Positions 48,093 through 56,547 of a stretch of DNA of 56,547 nt are shown here, one piece after another. The stretch lies in sequence record SRR2962707_2394, one strand, 5' to 3'. The number at the start of each line of letters is the position of its first letter. Position 1 is the first letter of the stretch. The notes beneath the pieces were generated by a model. It searched no databases, was not told where the DNA came from, and saw nothing but the letters and a program-made list of their open reading frames with translations. Made by a program: the position numbers and the translations under genes.

Positions 48093-48123
48093 GGCCGCTC
48101 CCAACCGGGGCGGCTTTTTCTTT
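48093..48123 (+). terminator. Terminator of the antirepressor operon
   Basis: GGCCGCTCC-caacc-GGGGCGGCT then TTTTCTTT. Confidence 0.75.
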
Positions 48124-48143
48124 GACCAAACGGAAGATATGAC

Positions 48144-48581
48144 ATGGAAATCGGCACCCCCGGCGATGTCAAAACAGGGCTTTACCTTGCTGTTGCACTG
48201 GCGACCGCATCAGAGCGGCACCGTGACATGACCGTGATGGATATCGAGCGGTGCTTCTTTCCGCCTGTTGTGCATAGCCAGTGCCTTGTCGCCATCGAAA
48301 ACCAGATGCCGGTCGGGTTTATGTCTTGGGCCTTCTTGTCCGAAGAAATTGCAACAGGCTTTGCCAACCGAACCCGCATCCTGCAGGCCGATGAATGGGC
48401 AAGCGGTGATCAGGTCTGGATCATCGATCTGATCGCGCCGTTCGGTCATTGCAAGGAATTCGTTCGTTTTGCCCGTGATGAGCAGTTCGCGGGACAGGTT
48501 GTTTTCGCATCCCGTCAGCGCCCCGGTGGCTATCGGGATGTGGCGCGGTTCCTTGGGAAAGGTGTTTGTCATGGGAAATGA
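48144..48581 (+). CDS. HlyC/RtxC-family toxin-activating lysine acyltransferase
   Basis: SxxH (SERH), PVGFMSWA, EWASGDQVWIIDLIAPFG. Confidence 0.88.
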   Translation: MEIGTPGDVKTGLYLAVALATASERHRDMTVMDIERCFFPPVVHSQCLVAIENQMPVGFMSWAFLSEEIATGFANRTRILQADEWASGDQVWIIDLIAPFGHCKEFVRFARDEQFAGQVVFASRQRPGGYRDVARFLGKGVCHGK

Positions 48582-49497
48582 TAGCGGCGGATCAAGCAGC
48601 GGAAGCGACCCGACCGGACACGGTGCCCTTGCCGACAGCATGAAGGGCACTGGCAACACAAACCTGTCGGGCAGCGTTTCAGATCGTGGCGGCGGAGGTT
48701 ACGCCAATAACGGCGGTCAGGGCGGCGAAGGCAACAGTTCCAACCGTGACAACAACGGTGTTGGTGGTCGGGGCTCTTTGGGAGACTTGCGGAAAGCCGA
48801 CAACAGAGCGGTTGCCAGCCTAGGCGGCAAGCTTCGCGATGTGAACCGCGCATCATTGTCTTTCAATGAAGAAGATCCCGGCTTGCTTGATCGTGGTGCC
48901 GCAAACTTCAAAGACTTCCTGGGTGCAGGCGCACCCGGGGGATTTGCAAAATCTGGCGCGGCCAATTCAATTATCAGCACCGGTCTTAGTTTGATTAATC
49001 CTGCCCTTGGCGCTGTTGCTGGGGTGGCTCATAGCAAGTATGCGCAACCACCGGGAACAAACAACAACATCGGCCTTCTCAGTGCTGCAGGCGGCGCAAT
49101 CCCCGGTGTGGGCGGCCTTGTTAGCCGTGGCGTCAACCTCGTTGACCGTATCGTTGATCTGGATGACCAAGACGCAGCAAACAACCCAAGCTCTGCGGTC
49201 GCAACACGCGGCGACTTGATGGGGCCGCCAGATCCGGATGCATCCTATCCGGGCGGAGGCAACAGCAACGGCGGGCGCGGCCTGCTGTCCAATGTTCCAG
49301 CCCCGACAACCGGCACAGCAACCGCATCAGGCGGTAGCAGCACCCCGTCTAACTCAAGCAATGTCGGTCTTGTCAGCAACGCAGCCGGTGAGGGTCTTCC
49401 AACCCCCGGTGAGCGGTTCCGCAGTGATCGGTATATCGGTGGCCGCTGGGCGCGCAACCCGTCGTCAGGGCAGCTTGAATGGGTCTCCGGGACATGA
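48571..49497 (+). CDS. Gly/Ser/Asn-rich protein with hydrophobic core (possible internal virion protein)
   Basis: Overlaps hlyC stop; low-complexity ends; hydrophobic IISTGLSLINPALGAVAGVA. Confidence 0.7.
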   Translation: MGNDSGGSSSGSDPTGHGALADSMKGTGNTNLSGSVSDRGGGGYANNGGQGGEGNSSNRDNNGVGGRGSLGDLRKADNRAVASLGGKLRDVNRASLSFNEEDPGLLDRGAANFKDFLGAGAPGGFAKSGAANSIISTGLSLINPALGAVAGVAHSKYAQPPGTNNNIGLLSAAGGAIPGVGGLVSRGVNLVDRIVDLDDQDAANNPSSAVATRGDLMGPPDPDASYPGGGNSNGGRGLLSNVPAPTTGTATASGGSSTPSNSSNVGLVSNAAGEGLPTPGERFRSDRYIGGRWARNPSSGQLEWVSGT

Positions 49498-49709
49498 CGG
49501 CGATTGAAACGAACTCGACCGCATGGCTTGCGATTGCCAAACACATCGAAAAACGGATTGCAGAACTGCAGGGCGAACTTGAGGCGCAGGGTCTTGATCC
49601 CCGTAAGACGGACTTCATTCGCGGGCAGATCAGTGCTTTGCGCGACATCAAAAGCTTACCCCGTGCCGGTGATCAACCCGATATCGAGACACCGGCCCAT
49701 TACACCTAA
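49494..49709 (+). CDS. Small head-region protein
   Basis: ATGA coupling; W...L...FIRGQISALR pattern. Confidence 0.7.
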   Translation: MTAIETNSTAWLAIAKHIEKRIAELQGELEAQGLDPRKTDFIRGQISALRDIKSLPRAGDQPDIETPAHYT

Positions 49710-49775
49710 CAGATTTACTTTTCGCAGCCGCCTCTTTGCAATGCCGCTGCATTTCCGAGGGAAGGACTGAAGACC

Positions 49776-50831
49776 ATGACCACCAAGACTGAAGGCGAAG
49801 ATATCAATACCGGTGATGATGTCACCACTGTTTCTGATGACGCCGAATATGAAGCCGCTTTCGGGGAGTTTGCAGACCCTGAAGCCGCTTCGGATGATGG
49901 CGATATCGATGCAGGCGATGATGACGATGCCGCTCCGGCAGGGGCCGCTTCTGATGATTTGGGGGAAGATGACGACGCCGACCCTGAGCCTGATGCTGAT
50001 CCGAGCAACAGCGGTGATGATGATGGCAACGGCGATCCCGGTGGCGATGGCGACGGTTCTGATCCCTCGGACCAAGACGGTTCAGACATCTGGGCCAACG
50101 CACCGCCTGAACTGCGATCCGCCTATGAGGCCGAACGCAAGAAGTCGGAGCAGGCCCTAAAAAGCCAGACCGGCCGCATCTCCGCTTATCAGCGGCAGGT
50201 CAATGAACTGCAAGCACAGATTAACGCCGCATCCCGCAAGGGCACTGCCGCAAACCAGAAAGACAAGGCCGCATCAGGTGATGCCGCCCCTGATCAGCTC
50301 GGTGATGCCGACGGGTTTAAAACTCTGCGTGAGGATTACCCGGAAATCGCCCAGCCGATTGAAAACATGTTTAACCGGATGCAGGCCGATATCAGCCGCC
50401 GCGACCAGACCATTGAAAACCTGATGAACAAAGACCGTCAGGTTCATATCGATGAACAGGAAGCCGCACTGCTTGAGGCGCACCCGGACTGGATGGATGT
50501 AATCCAATCGGAAGCATTCGGGAACTGGGTCACATCGGCCCCGGCCCATATTCAGCCGATCCTTGAGCAGAACGCCAATGACATTGTTGATGCCGCCTCG
50601 GCCGCTGATGCGATTGAATTGTTCAAGCTGCGCACCGGTTACAAACCATCCCAAACCCCTGATCCTGCCTCGCAGCCGAAACCGGCCGGGGCTCCCCGAA
50701 ATAGCGGCAAGCGATCACGTCAGCTTGAATCCGGCACGTCGGCCAAATCAGGTCGGGGTGTTGGTGGAACTGGCGGGCCAGCTAAGGATAATTACGAAGC
50801 GGCCTTTGATTACTATGTCCGCAAGGCATAA
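49776..50831 (+). CDS. Scaffolding protein
   Basis: Very acidic N-terminus, coiled coil; just before the capsid gene. Confidence 0.75.
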   Translation: MTTKTEGEDINTGDDVTTVSDDAEYEAAFGEFADPEAASDDGDIDAGDDDDAAPAGAASDDLGEDDDADPEPDADPSNSGDDDGNGDPGGDGDGSDPSDQDGSDIWANAPPELRSAYEAERKKSEQALKSQTGRISAYQRQVNELQAQINAASRKGTAANQKDKAASGDAAPDQLGDADGFKTLREDYPEIAQPIENMFNRMQADISRRDQTIENLMNKDRQVHIDEQEAALLEAHPDWMDVIQSEAFGNWVTSAPAHIQPILEQNANDIVDAASAADAIELFKLRTGYKPSQTPDPASQPKPAGAPRNSGKRSRQLESGTSAKSGRGVGGTGGPAKDNYEAAFDYYVRKA

Positions 50832-50845
50832 CAGGAAACTGAAAG

Positions 50846-51850
50846 ATGTCTCAGCTTACCACTTACGGCGATGTCAACCAGCGTACCGCTGCTTGGGCCG
50901 CCACCACGATGCTTTCCCATGCGGAACCGGTTGTTATTCTTGCCAAGTTCGGCATGACTAAACCAATGCCGAAAAACAAGGCGGATACCGTCAAGTTCCG
51001 TCGTCCGGTTCCGTTTTCTGCGGCAACCACGCCGCTTGTTGAGGGTGTCACCCCGACTGCTCAGAAAATGAGCTATGAAGATGTCACCGCCCAGCTCAAG
51101 CAGTATGGCCGTCCGACTGAAATCACGGATGTTGTCATGGATCTGGCCGAAGATCCAGTCCTGTCCGATGCCTCCATGCTGGCAGGCGAACAGGCCGGTC
51201 TGACGCTTGAAATGATCACCTATGGCGTTCTTAAGGGTGGTTCCAACATCCATTACGCCAACGGTGCAGACCGCACCGCGGTTAACACCCCGATCAGCCT
51301 GTCCAAACAGCGTGCCGTTACCCGGTCGTTGAAGGCACAGAAAGCGGGCAAGCTGACCCGCATGCTGGATGGTTCGCCGAAATACGGCACCAAAGCGATT
51401 GAGGCCTGCTATGTCGCGGTTGCACATACCGACCTTGAAAGCGATATCCGCGCCATGGCCGGTTTCGTGCCGGTTGCCAAATACGGTAGCCGTCAGATGC
51501 TGTGCCCGGAAGAAATCGGTTCGGTCGAAGACGTGCGTTACGTCCTGTCGCCGGAACTTGAACCGTTTGCCAGTGCTGGTGGTGCCTATGATGCAGGCAG
51601 CGAGGACATGGTATCGGCAAACGACACCAACGCCGATGTCTATCCGGTTCTTTACATCGGCAAGGAAGCCTTTGGCACCGTGCCGCTGAAAGGCTCGAAC
51701 GCCATCACCCCGATGGTGGTCAACGCAAAGCCGTCTGCTGCCGATCCAATGGCGCAGCGCGGTTATGTGAGCTGGAAGGCTTACTTCACCGCTGTCATCC
51801 TGAACGAAAACTGGATGGCGCGTCTCGAAGTTGCTGTTACCGCTCTGTAA
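50846..51850 (+). CDS. Major capsid protein, N4-gp56 family
   Basis: MPKNKADTVKFRR, LVEGVTP, LKQYG, EIGSVE, DPMAQRG..SWKAY. Confidence 0.92.
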   Translation: MSQLTTYGDVNQRTAAWAATTMLSHAEPVVILAKFGMTKPMPKNKADTVKFRRPVPFSAATTPLVEGVTPTAQKMSYEDVTAQLKQYGRPTEITDVVMDLAEDPVLSDASMLAGEQAGLTLEMITYGVLKGGSNIHYANGADRTAVNTPISLSKQRAVTRSLKAQKAGKLTRMLDGSPKYGTKAIEACYVAVAHTDLESDIRAMAGFVPVAKYGSRQMLCPEEIGSVEDVRYVLSPELEPFASAGGAYDAGSEDMVSANDTNADVYPVLYIGKEAFGTVPLKGSNAITPMVVNAKPSAADPMAQRGYVSWKAYFTAVILNENWMARLEVAVTAL

Positions 51851-51878
51851 TCGGTCGATCACAATTTGACATGAACAG

Positions 51879-51902
51879 GGAAGGGTCTTCGGGCCCTTCT
51901 TT
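51879..51902 (+). terminator. Terminator after capsid gene
   Basis: GAAGGGTC-ttcg-GGCCCTTC then TTT. Confidence 0.7.
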
Positions 51903-51927
51903 CCATTTCTGACAAGGACAGAGAAAA

Positions 51928-52242
51928 ATGACTGTTTCATCGCAGAACGTGCTGACCGGCTCCACAACGGGCACCGGTGCAGCACTTACCATCCCGACCG
52001 GCTTTGAAGTCGGTTATGCCAAGGTGTGGAACATCACCGATGGCGACACCATCCATGAGTATTTCGACGGCATGACTGCCGGTCACGCTTTGAAAACCGC
52101 CAATCATGACACCGCACAGCTATCGCGGATCACGTCGAACGGTTTCACCGCGTATTCGGGCACGTCGGGCGACGGGATCACGCTTGGCACTGACATCAGC
52201 GAAGATGAAAAGTCGCTTGGCTATTTCATCATCGGCAAATAA
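51928..52242 (+). CDS. Virion structural/decoration protein
   Basis: Thr/Gly-rich beta protein after MCP. Confidence 0.6.
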   Translation: MTVSSQNVLTGSTTGTGAALTIPTGFEVGYAKVWNITDGDTIHEYFDGMTAGHALKTANHDTAQLSRITSNGFTAYSGTSGDGITLGTDISEDEKSLGYFIIGK

Positions 52243-52316
52243 CAGCCTGGCATAACGTTTCAGACGGGTGAGATGCCCGTCTGATCGTTCTGCATAGCGC
52301 AAGGAAAGATATCATC

Positions 52317-52559
52317 ATGAATATCACCGAAGCAAAGCAGGCGGCAAACAACGCCGGTAACGGGTCCGAAGACGATCTTCGTTCCGTCCTGCTTTATCTC
52401 ATCGAGCGTTCTGGTTCCGGTGCCGTTGTCGCATCCGGCACCCAAGCGGACGCAATTGCCGACCCTACGGGCGGCTCGACAGAGGATACGGAGGCCCGTG
52501 CGGCGATCAATGATCTGATCGATGCGTGTCAGGCATTCGGGATCGTCGCGACCTCCTGA
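52317..52559 (+). CDS. Head fibre-like protein
   Basis: AIADPTGG...AAINDLI...GIVA. Confidence 0.5.
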   Translation: MNITEAKQAANNAGNGSEDDLRSVLLYLIERSGSGAVVASGTQADAIADPTGGSTEDTEARAAINDLIDACQAFGIVATS

Positions 52560-52585
52560 TCACGCCGCCTATTCCAGACCTTTGC

Positions 52586-52611
52586 AAAGGGAGCCTTCGG
52601 GCTCCCTTTTT
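52586..52611 (+). terminator. Intrinsic terminator
   Basis: AAAGGGAGCC-ttcg-GGCTCCCTTTTT. Confidence 0.85.
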
Positions 52612-52635
52612 CTATGAGCCAACGAGGTTGGACCG

Positions 52636-53028
52636 ATGAAAATTATCATCAATTCCCACGCCCAAAGCCGTGCCGTGCCGATCCGTATCAATGGCAAGGG
52701 CCGCACCCTTGCTATTGGTAAAGAAGAAACTGTTCCCGATGACTGGGAAGCAGCACTTCGCGATGCCGGGCTTGATTTTACCGTGATCAAGGACAGCGAA
52801 ACCAAAGGCGATACTACCGATCCAGACGACACGGGCGCACAGCCTGCATCTGACGATCAGGTCAATCCGTCTCTGCTTGATGGCAACGTTGCTTCCGTCA
52901 TCGCAGGCCTTGCAGGCAAGACGCCAGACGAGCTGACGGCACTTCTTGCCGCAGAGCAAGCGGGAAAGACCCGCGCAACCGTTGTTACCGCAATTGAAAA
53001 GGCACTGGCTGAACACGTTTCGGCCTGA
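52636..53028 (+). CDS. Head-region hypothetical protein
   Basis: GAGG RBS; C-terminal LLAAEQAGKTRATVV motif. Confidence 0.7.
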   Translation: MKIIINSHAQSRAVPIRINGKGRTLAIGKEETVPDDWEAALRDAGLDFTVIKDSETKGDTTDPDDTGAQPASDDQVNPSLLDGNVASVIAGLAGKTPDELTALLAAEQAGKTRATVVTAIEKALAEHVSA

Positions 53029-53118
53029 TTGCCCTGTGCGGGTGAGGGTTGCGCCTTGTGGCTTCCTCGGCGCCAGCCGTGACCTTCACCCCTCATTACC
53101 GAGGAAGGAACTTTCCCG

Positions 53119-53694
53119 ATGAGTACGAAAATGAAAACCGTTCTTCTTGAAGAAGCCGATCTCACCCAGCTCAAGGAATTTGCAACCAACTCGCTTGGTC
53201 TTGAGTTCCCGCGCACCGCGAACACAGTGCATATGCTTTCCATGATCCGGCAGGTCCACACCAAAGACACGATTGAAGTTGCGGATGACGGCGCAGATGA
53301 AGGCGTTTCTCAGGGTGCAGAAGCAGGCAGCACCCCACCTGTTCAGCGGTCTGTCCAAAAAACCGGCAAGGAAATCTCGCCAGTCAAGTCGGCAGGTGAT
53401 CCGAAGGTTACGATCCTTATTCCGAATACCGAAAAGGTCGGTGGTGAACGCGATGTCTTTGTCAGCGTCAACGGCAAAGGCATGTTGCTTCCGCGTGGCG
53501 AGGATATCACGATCCCGTACCGGTACTACGCAGCGCTTCGCAACGCCGAGAAGTCCGAGTTTTACCAGAAGCCCGATGATTCGAATTACGAAATCAAGGA
53601 ACGCAAGGTTCCGTCCTATGCATTCGAAGTCAAATCGATGCCGCCTAAGAGCGAGATCGATGCATGGCTTCAGAGCATGCAGGGGCAGGCGTAA
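53119..53694 (+). CDS. Head-region hypothetical protein
   Basis: DVFVSVNGKGMLLPRGE. Confidence 0.7.
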   Translation: MSTKMKTVLLEEADLTQLKEFATNSLGLEFPRTANTVHMLSMIRQVHTKDTIEVADDGADEGVSQGAEAGSTPPVQRSVQKTGKEISPVKSAGDPKVTILIPNTEKVGGERDVFVSVNGKGMLLPRGEDITIPYRYYAALRNAEKSEFYQKPDDSNYEIKERKVPSYAFEVKSMPPKSEIDAWLQSMQGQA

Positions 53695-53699
53695 CAATC

Positions 53700-54404
53700 A
53701 TGGCGACATTCCTTGAACTCTGTCAGAAAACGGCACGGGAAAGCGGCACCGTTTCCGGGGTGTCGCCAAGCACAACTGCTTCTCAAAGCGGGCGACTGGC
53801 CAAAGTTGTCAGCTGGGTGGCCGAAGCATGGCTGCGCATTCAGAACCATCGTGATGACTGGCTCTGGATGCGCGGCGAGTTTTCCAAGATCACGATTGCG
53901 GGCACCAATGCCTATACAGGTGCGTCATGGAGCCTGACCGATCTGGCGCGGTTTGTGGTTGATCAGGATGCTGTCGGGTACTTGCCGGTCACGCTTTACA
54001 AAACCGCAACCGGTGTCGCCGATGAAGGGCCGATTGTCTATATCCCGTACCCGGCCTATCGCACCCGATACGGACGCGGTGCGCAGACCAACAATCGCCC
54101 TGTCGAATATTCGATTGGCCCATCTGGCGAATTCCTTCTCGGCCCTATTCCAGATGATGATTACACCGTGCGCGGTGAATATTTCAGGACACCGCAGCGG
54201 TTTACGCAAGACGCGGATGTCCCAACCGGTTTGCCCGCAAGGTTCCATGAAATCATTGCATGGCGGGCGCTGATGCTTCTGGCCGAGCATGACGAGGCAA
54301 TCACTTCGATCACGACTGCGGCCGGCAACTATTCCGAAATTCTCCGCCAGCTTGAACGGGACCAGCTTCCCGTTGTCACGCTTGGCGGCGGTCCTCTTGC
54401 GTAG
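53700..54404 (+). CDS. Tail adaptor (tubular protein A-like)
   Basis: MATFLEL, DWLW, LGPIPDDDY, PARFHEII; gene order. Confidence 0.72.
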   Translation: MATFLELCQKTARESGTVSGVSPSTTASQSGRLAKVVSWVAEAWLRIQNHRDDWLWMRGEFSKITIAGTNAYTGASWSLTDLARFVVDQDAVGYLPVTLYKTATGVADEGPIVYIPYPAYRTRYGRGAQTNNRPVEYSIGPSGEFLLGPIPDDDYTVRGEYFRTPQRFTQDADVPTGLPARFHEIIAWRALMLLAEHDEAITSITTAAGNYSEILRQLERDQLPVVTLGGGPLA

Positions 54405-54413
54405 GGAATTCTG

Positions 54414-56547
54414 ATGCAGCGATCAAAGTTCTTTGCGCTTGGTGGTGGTCTTGATCTGGTCACACCAAAGATCAGGATGAATCCGGGCCACGTCCTGACC
54501 GGGATCAATCACGAACCCGTGGCCGGTGGCTATGCCCGGATTGATGGCTACGAGCGGTTTGACGGACAGATCAAGCCTTCTGCGGCTTCTTATTGGGTGC
54601 TGGGGTTTGATGCCGGTGAAACCGCCATTACGGCAGGACAGACAGTTACCGGGGCAACAAGCGGGGCAACGGGCATCGCACTGTATGATGTAACGCCTGT
54701 TACCGGCAGTTGGGCGGGCAATGACGCGACAGGCAACATTGTTCTGATCGCGGTAAGCGGGACTTTTCAGGACGATGAGAACCTTGAGGTCAGCGCGGCA
54801 ACTGTTGCTGTTGCCGATGGAGAAGCAGAACAGCGTGGTGCGCAAAATGACACCGATGATACGACTTGGTATCGTGCAGCCATTGAATATCACCGGGATC
54901 AAATCGCGGCTGTTCCGGGATCCGGTGCGGTTCGTGGCGTCGGGGTGCTTGGAACCGATATCTATGCAATTCGCGACAATGCCGGTGGAACTGCCGGTGT
55001 GCTGCATAAGGCAACCTCAACGGGCTGGGTCGCGCAAGACCTTGGCCTTGAAATCGCTTTCACCGCAGCCGGTTTCAGAGAACTGGCCTTTACATCCGGT
55101 GGCATCAGAACGATTGCCTTCACCTCGGGCGGAACGACCGAGATTGAAGCAGGTAACACCGTTACCGGTGATAACAGCGGGGCAACGGCAGATGTTGTTT
55201 CTGTTGTACTGACATCGGGTACATGGGCAGGCGGGGATGCCGCGGGTACGCTATATCTCGCCGCTGATCAGGTCGGGACTTTCGTCTCTGAAAACCTTGA
55301 TGTCGGCGCATCAACAGACCTTGCGACAATTGCAGGTGACAGCACCCTTCATGACATTCAAGCCGATGACGAAATCACAGGGCAAACCGATGGCGCCACA
55401 GCAACGGTTCAACAAGTCATTCTTGATAGCGGGACATGGGCTGCAGGTGATGCTGTTGGTCGCCTGATCTGTATCGATCAGGACGGAAGTTTTGGCGCAG
55501 AAAATATCAGCATTGGTGACATCACTGATGTTGTAACGGTTGCAGCCAATTCGGACATCGTATCAATCGAAGAAGGCGACACCATCACCGGGGAAACCAG
55601 TGGGGCAACAGCCGATATTACCCGCGTTGTCGTCAATTCCGGCGCCTTCGGGACAAACGACGCAGCGGGATATCTTTATCTCACCGATCAGACCGGAGCG
55701 TTTGAAGCGGAAACGATCAAAACCGGCGATCAGTTGGAACTGGCAACAATTGCGTCAGACAGCACAGCTCTGACAATTTCAGCCGGTGGTCGCTATAAAA
55801 TCGTGACCCATAACTTCTTTGGACTGTCTGATCTGCGCCGTCTCTATGCCGCCAACGGGGCTGGCAGAGCATTCGAATGGGATGGCAGCGTCTTTGTGCC
55901 GATCCGGACTGGGCTGTCTGATGAACTCGATAAGCCCATACGTATTTGCATCCATAAAAACCAGTTGTTCCTTAGCTTCGATGGTGGTTCTGTCCAGCAT
56001 TCCGGCATCGGTGATCCGTATGCGTGGAGCGTCTTGCTTGGTGCCGCCGAGATCGCTATCGGCCAGGACGTGACGAACTTCCTGAGCCTGTTGGGCATCC
56101 TTGTCGTCACGGCGAAGAACAAGGTTTCTATTCTTTACGGTGATGACAGCTCGAATTGGCAGCTCACTGATATCAGCGCGGATAGTGGCGCCATCGAATG
56201 GACCATCCAAGATATGGGGACTTCCCCTGTCTTTCTTGATGACGGCGGTATCAGAACATTGCAGGCGACCGATCAGTACGGCGATTTCAGAATGGGAACG
56301 CTTTCCTTCCTGATCGATCCTGTTTTCGCCGCACGGCGCAGGCGTGGCGTTCTTCCGATTGGGTCGATCCGCCTGCGGGCAAAAGACCAGTACCGGCTGT
56401 TCTATGACGATGGCAGCGTCATCACGATGTATGTCGGCGGAAACGCCCCGGAATATTTACCGCAACGTCTCAACCATGTTGTCCGCTGTTCAGCGGTTGG
56501 TGAGGATAGCAACGGCAACGAGATCGCATTCTTCGGTTCCGATAACG
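54414..56547 (+). CDS. Tail nozzle/stabilisation protein (3' truncated)
   Basis: Hand-translated open frame MQRSKFFALGGGLDLVTP... to window end; absent from the track because no stop is reached; beta-propeller-like (HKNQLFLSF). Confidence 0.78.
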   Translation, partial: MQRSKFFALGGGLDLVTPKIRMNPGHVLTGINHEPVAGGYARIDGYERFDGQIKPSAASYWVLGFDAGETAITAGQTVTGATSGATGIALYDVTPVTGSWAGNDATGNIVLIAVSGTFQDDENLEVSAATVAVADGEAEQRGAQNDTDDTTWYRAAIEYHRDQIAAVPGSGAVRGVGVLGTDIYAIRDNAGGTAGVLHKATSTGWVAQDLGLEIAFTAAGFRELAFTSGGIRTIAFTSGGTTEIEAGNTVTGDNSGATADVVSVVLTSGTWAGGDAAGTLYLAADQVGTFVSENLDVGASTDLATIAGDSTLHDIQADDEITGQTDGATATVQQVILDSGTWAAGDAVGRLICIDQDGSFGAENISIGDITDVVTVAANSDIVSIEEGDTITGETSGATADITRVVVNSGAFGTNDAAGYLYLTDQTGAFEAETIKTGDQLELATIASDSTALTISAGGRYKIVTHNFFGLSDLRRLYAANGAGRAFEWDGSVFVPIRTGLSDELDKPIRICIHKNQLFLSFDGGSVQHSGIGDPYAWSVLLGAAEIAIGQDVTNFLSLLGILVVTAKNKVSILYGDDSSNWQLTDISADSGAIEWTIQDMGTSPVFLDDGGIRTLQATDQYGDFRMGTLSFLIDPVFAARRRRGVLPIGSIRLRAKDQYRLFYDDGSVITMYVGGNAPEYLPQRLNHVVRCSAVGEDSNGNEIAFFGSDN

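Larger units (their letters stand above)
12880..56547. mobile_element. Temperate podovirus-like prophage (right end outside window)
   Basis: Integrase, cI/cro, RecT, RusA, replication, terminase, portal, N4-gp56 capsid and tail genes in phage order; left boundary approximate. Confidence 0.95.

Noticed and set aside
48571-49497. RTX toxin
   Set aside because: Gly-rich but lacks GGxGxDxUx nonapeptide repeats, is too short, and has no T1SS genes nearby.
49850-50090. GAT/GAC-rich repetitive DNA
   Set aside because: Explained by the Asp/Gly-rich low-complexity scaffold N-terminus.
54414-56547. Diversity-generating retroelement target
   Set aside because: Repeats differ at all bases rather than only adenines, and no reverse transcriptase is in the window.

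Overview
Bases 1 to ~12.85 kb are ordinary bacterial chromosome, probably alphaproteobacterial (inference). They hold TetR and AraC regulators, an EamA transporter, a TPR-sulfotransferase, adenosine deaminase, a PhyH dioxygenase, two alpha/beta hydrolases, OsmC and a PAS-GGDEF protein. From ~12.88 kb to the end of the window is an apparently intact temperate podovirus-type prophage whose right end lies outside the window. Its layout: integrase/excisionase; a leftward early operon (DUF5131, C5 methyltransferase, HD hydrolase, XRE, Rad50-like ATPase, RecT, PD-(D/E)XK nuclease, SpoU/TrmH RNA methyltransferase); a lambda-like cI/cro switch with TGTGG-N8-CCACA operators; a rightward operon (RusA, amino-methyltransferase, replication initiator with iterons); then terminase, portal, a P22 immI-like antirepressor cassette, scaffold, N4-gp56-type capsid and tail genes. 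The most notable observations: (1) an RTX-toxin-type HlyC acyltransferase coupled to a Gly-rich protein in the head operon, with no RTX toxin visible; (2) homologues of both nucleotide-signal sponges Tad1 and Tad2, with Tad2 a cassette between 18-bp direct repeats; (3) a tRNA-shaped ncRNA just upstream of Tad1; (4) a split terminase large subunit interrupted by a repeat-flanked ORF; (5) nested repeat domains in the tail protein; (6) arrays of hairpins with C-rich loops. All family calls come from motif recognition; no database search was run.
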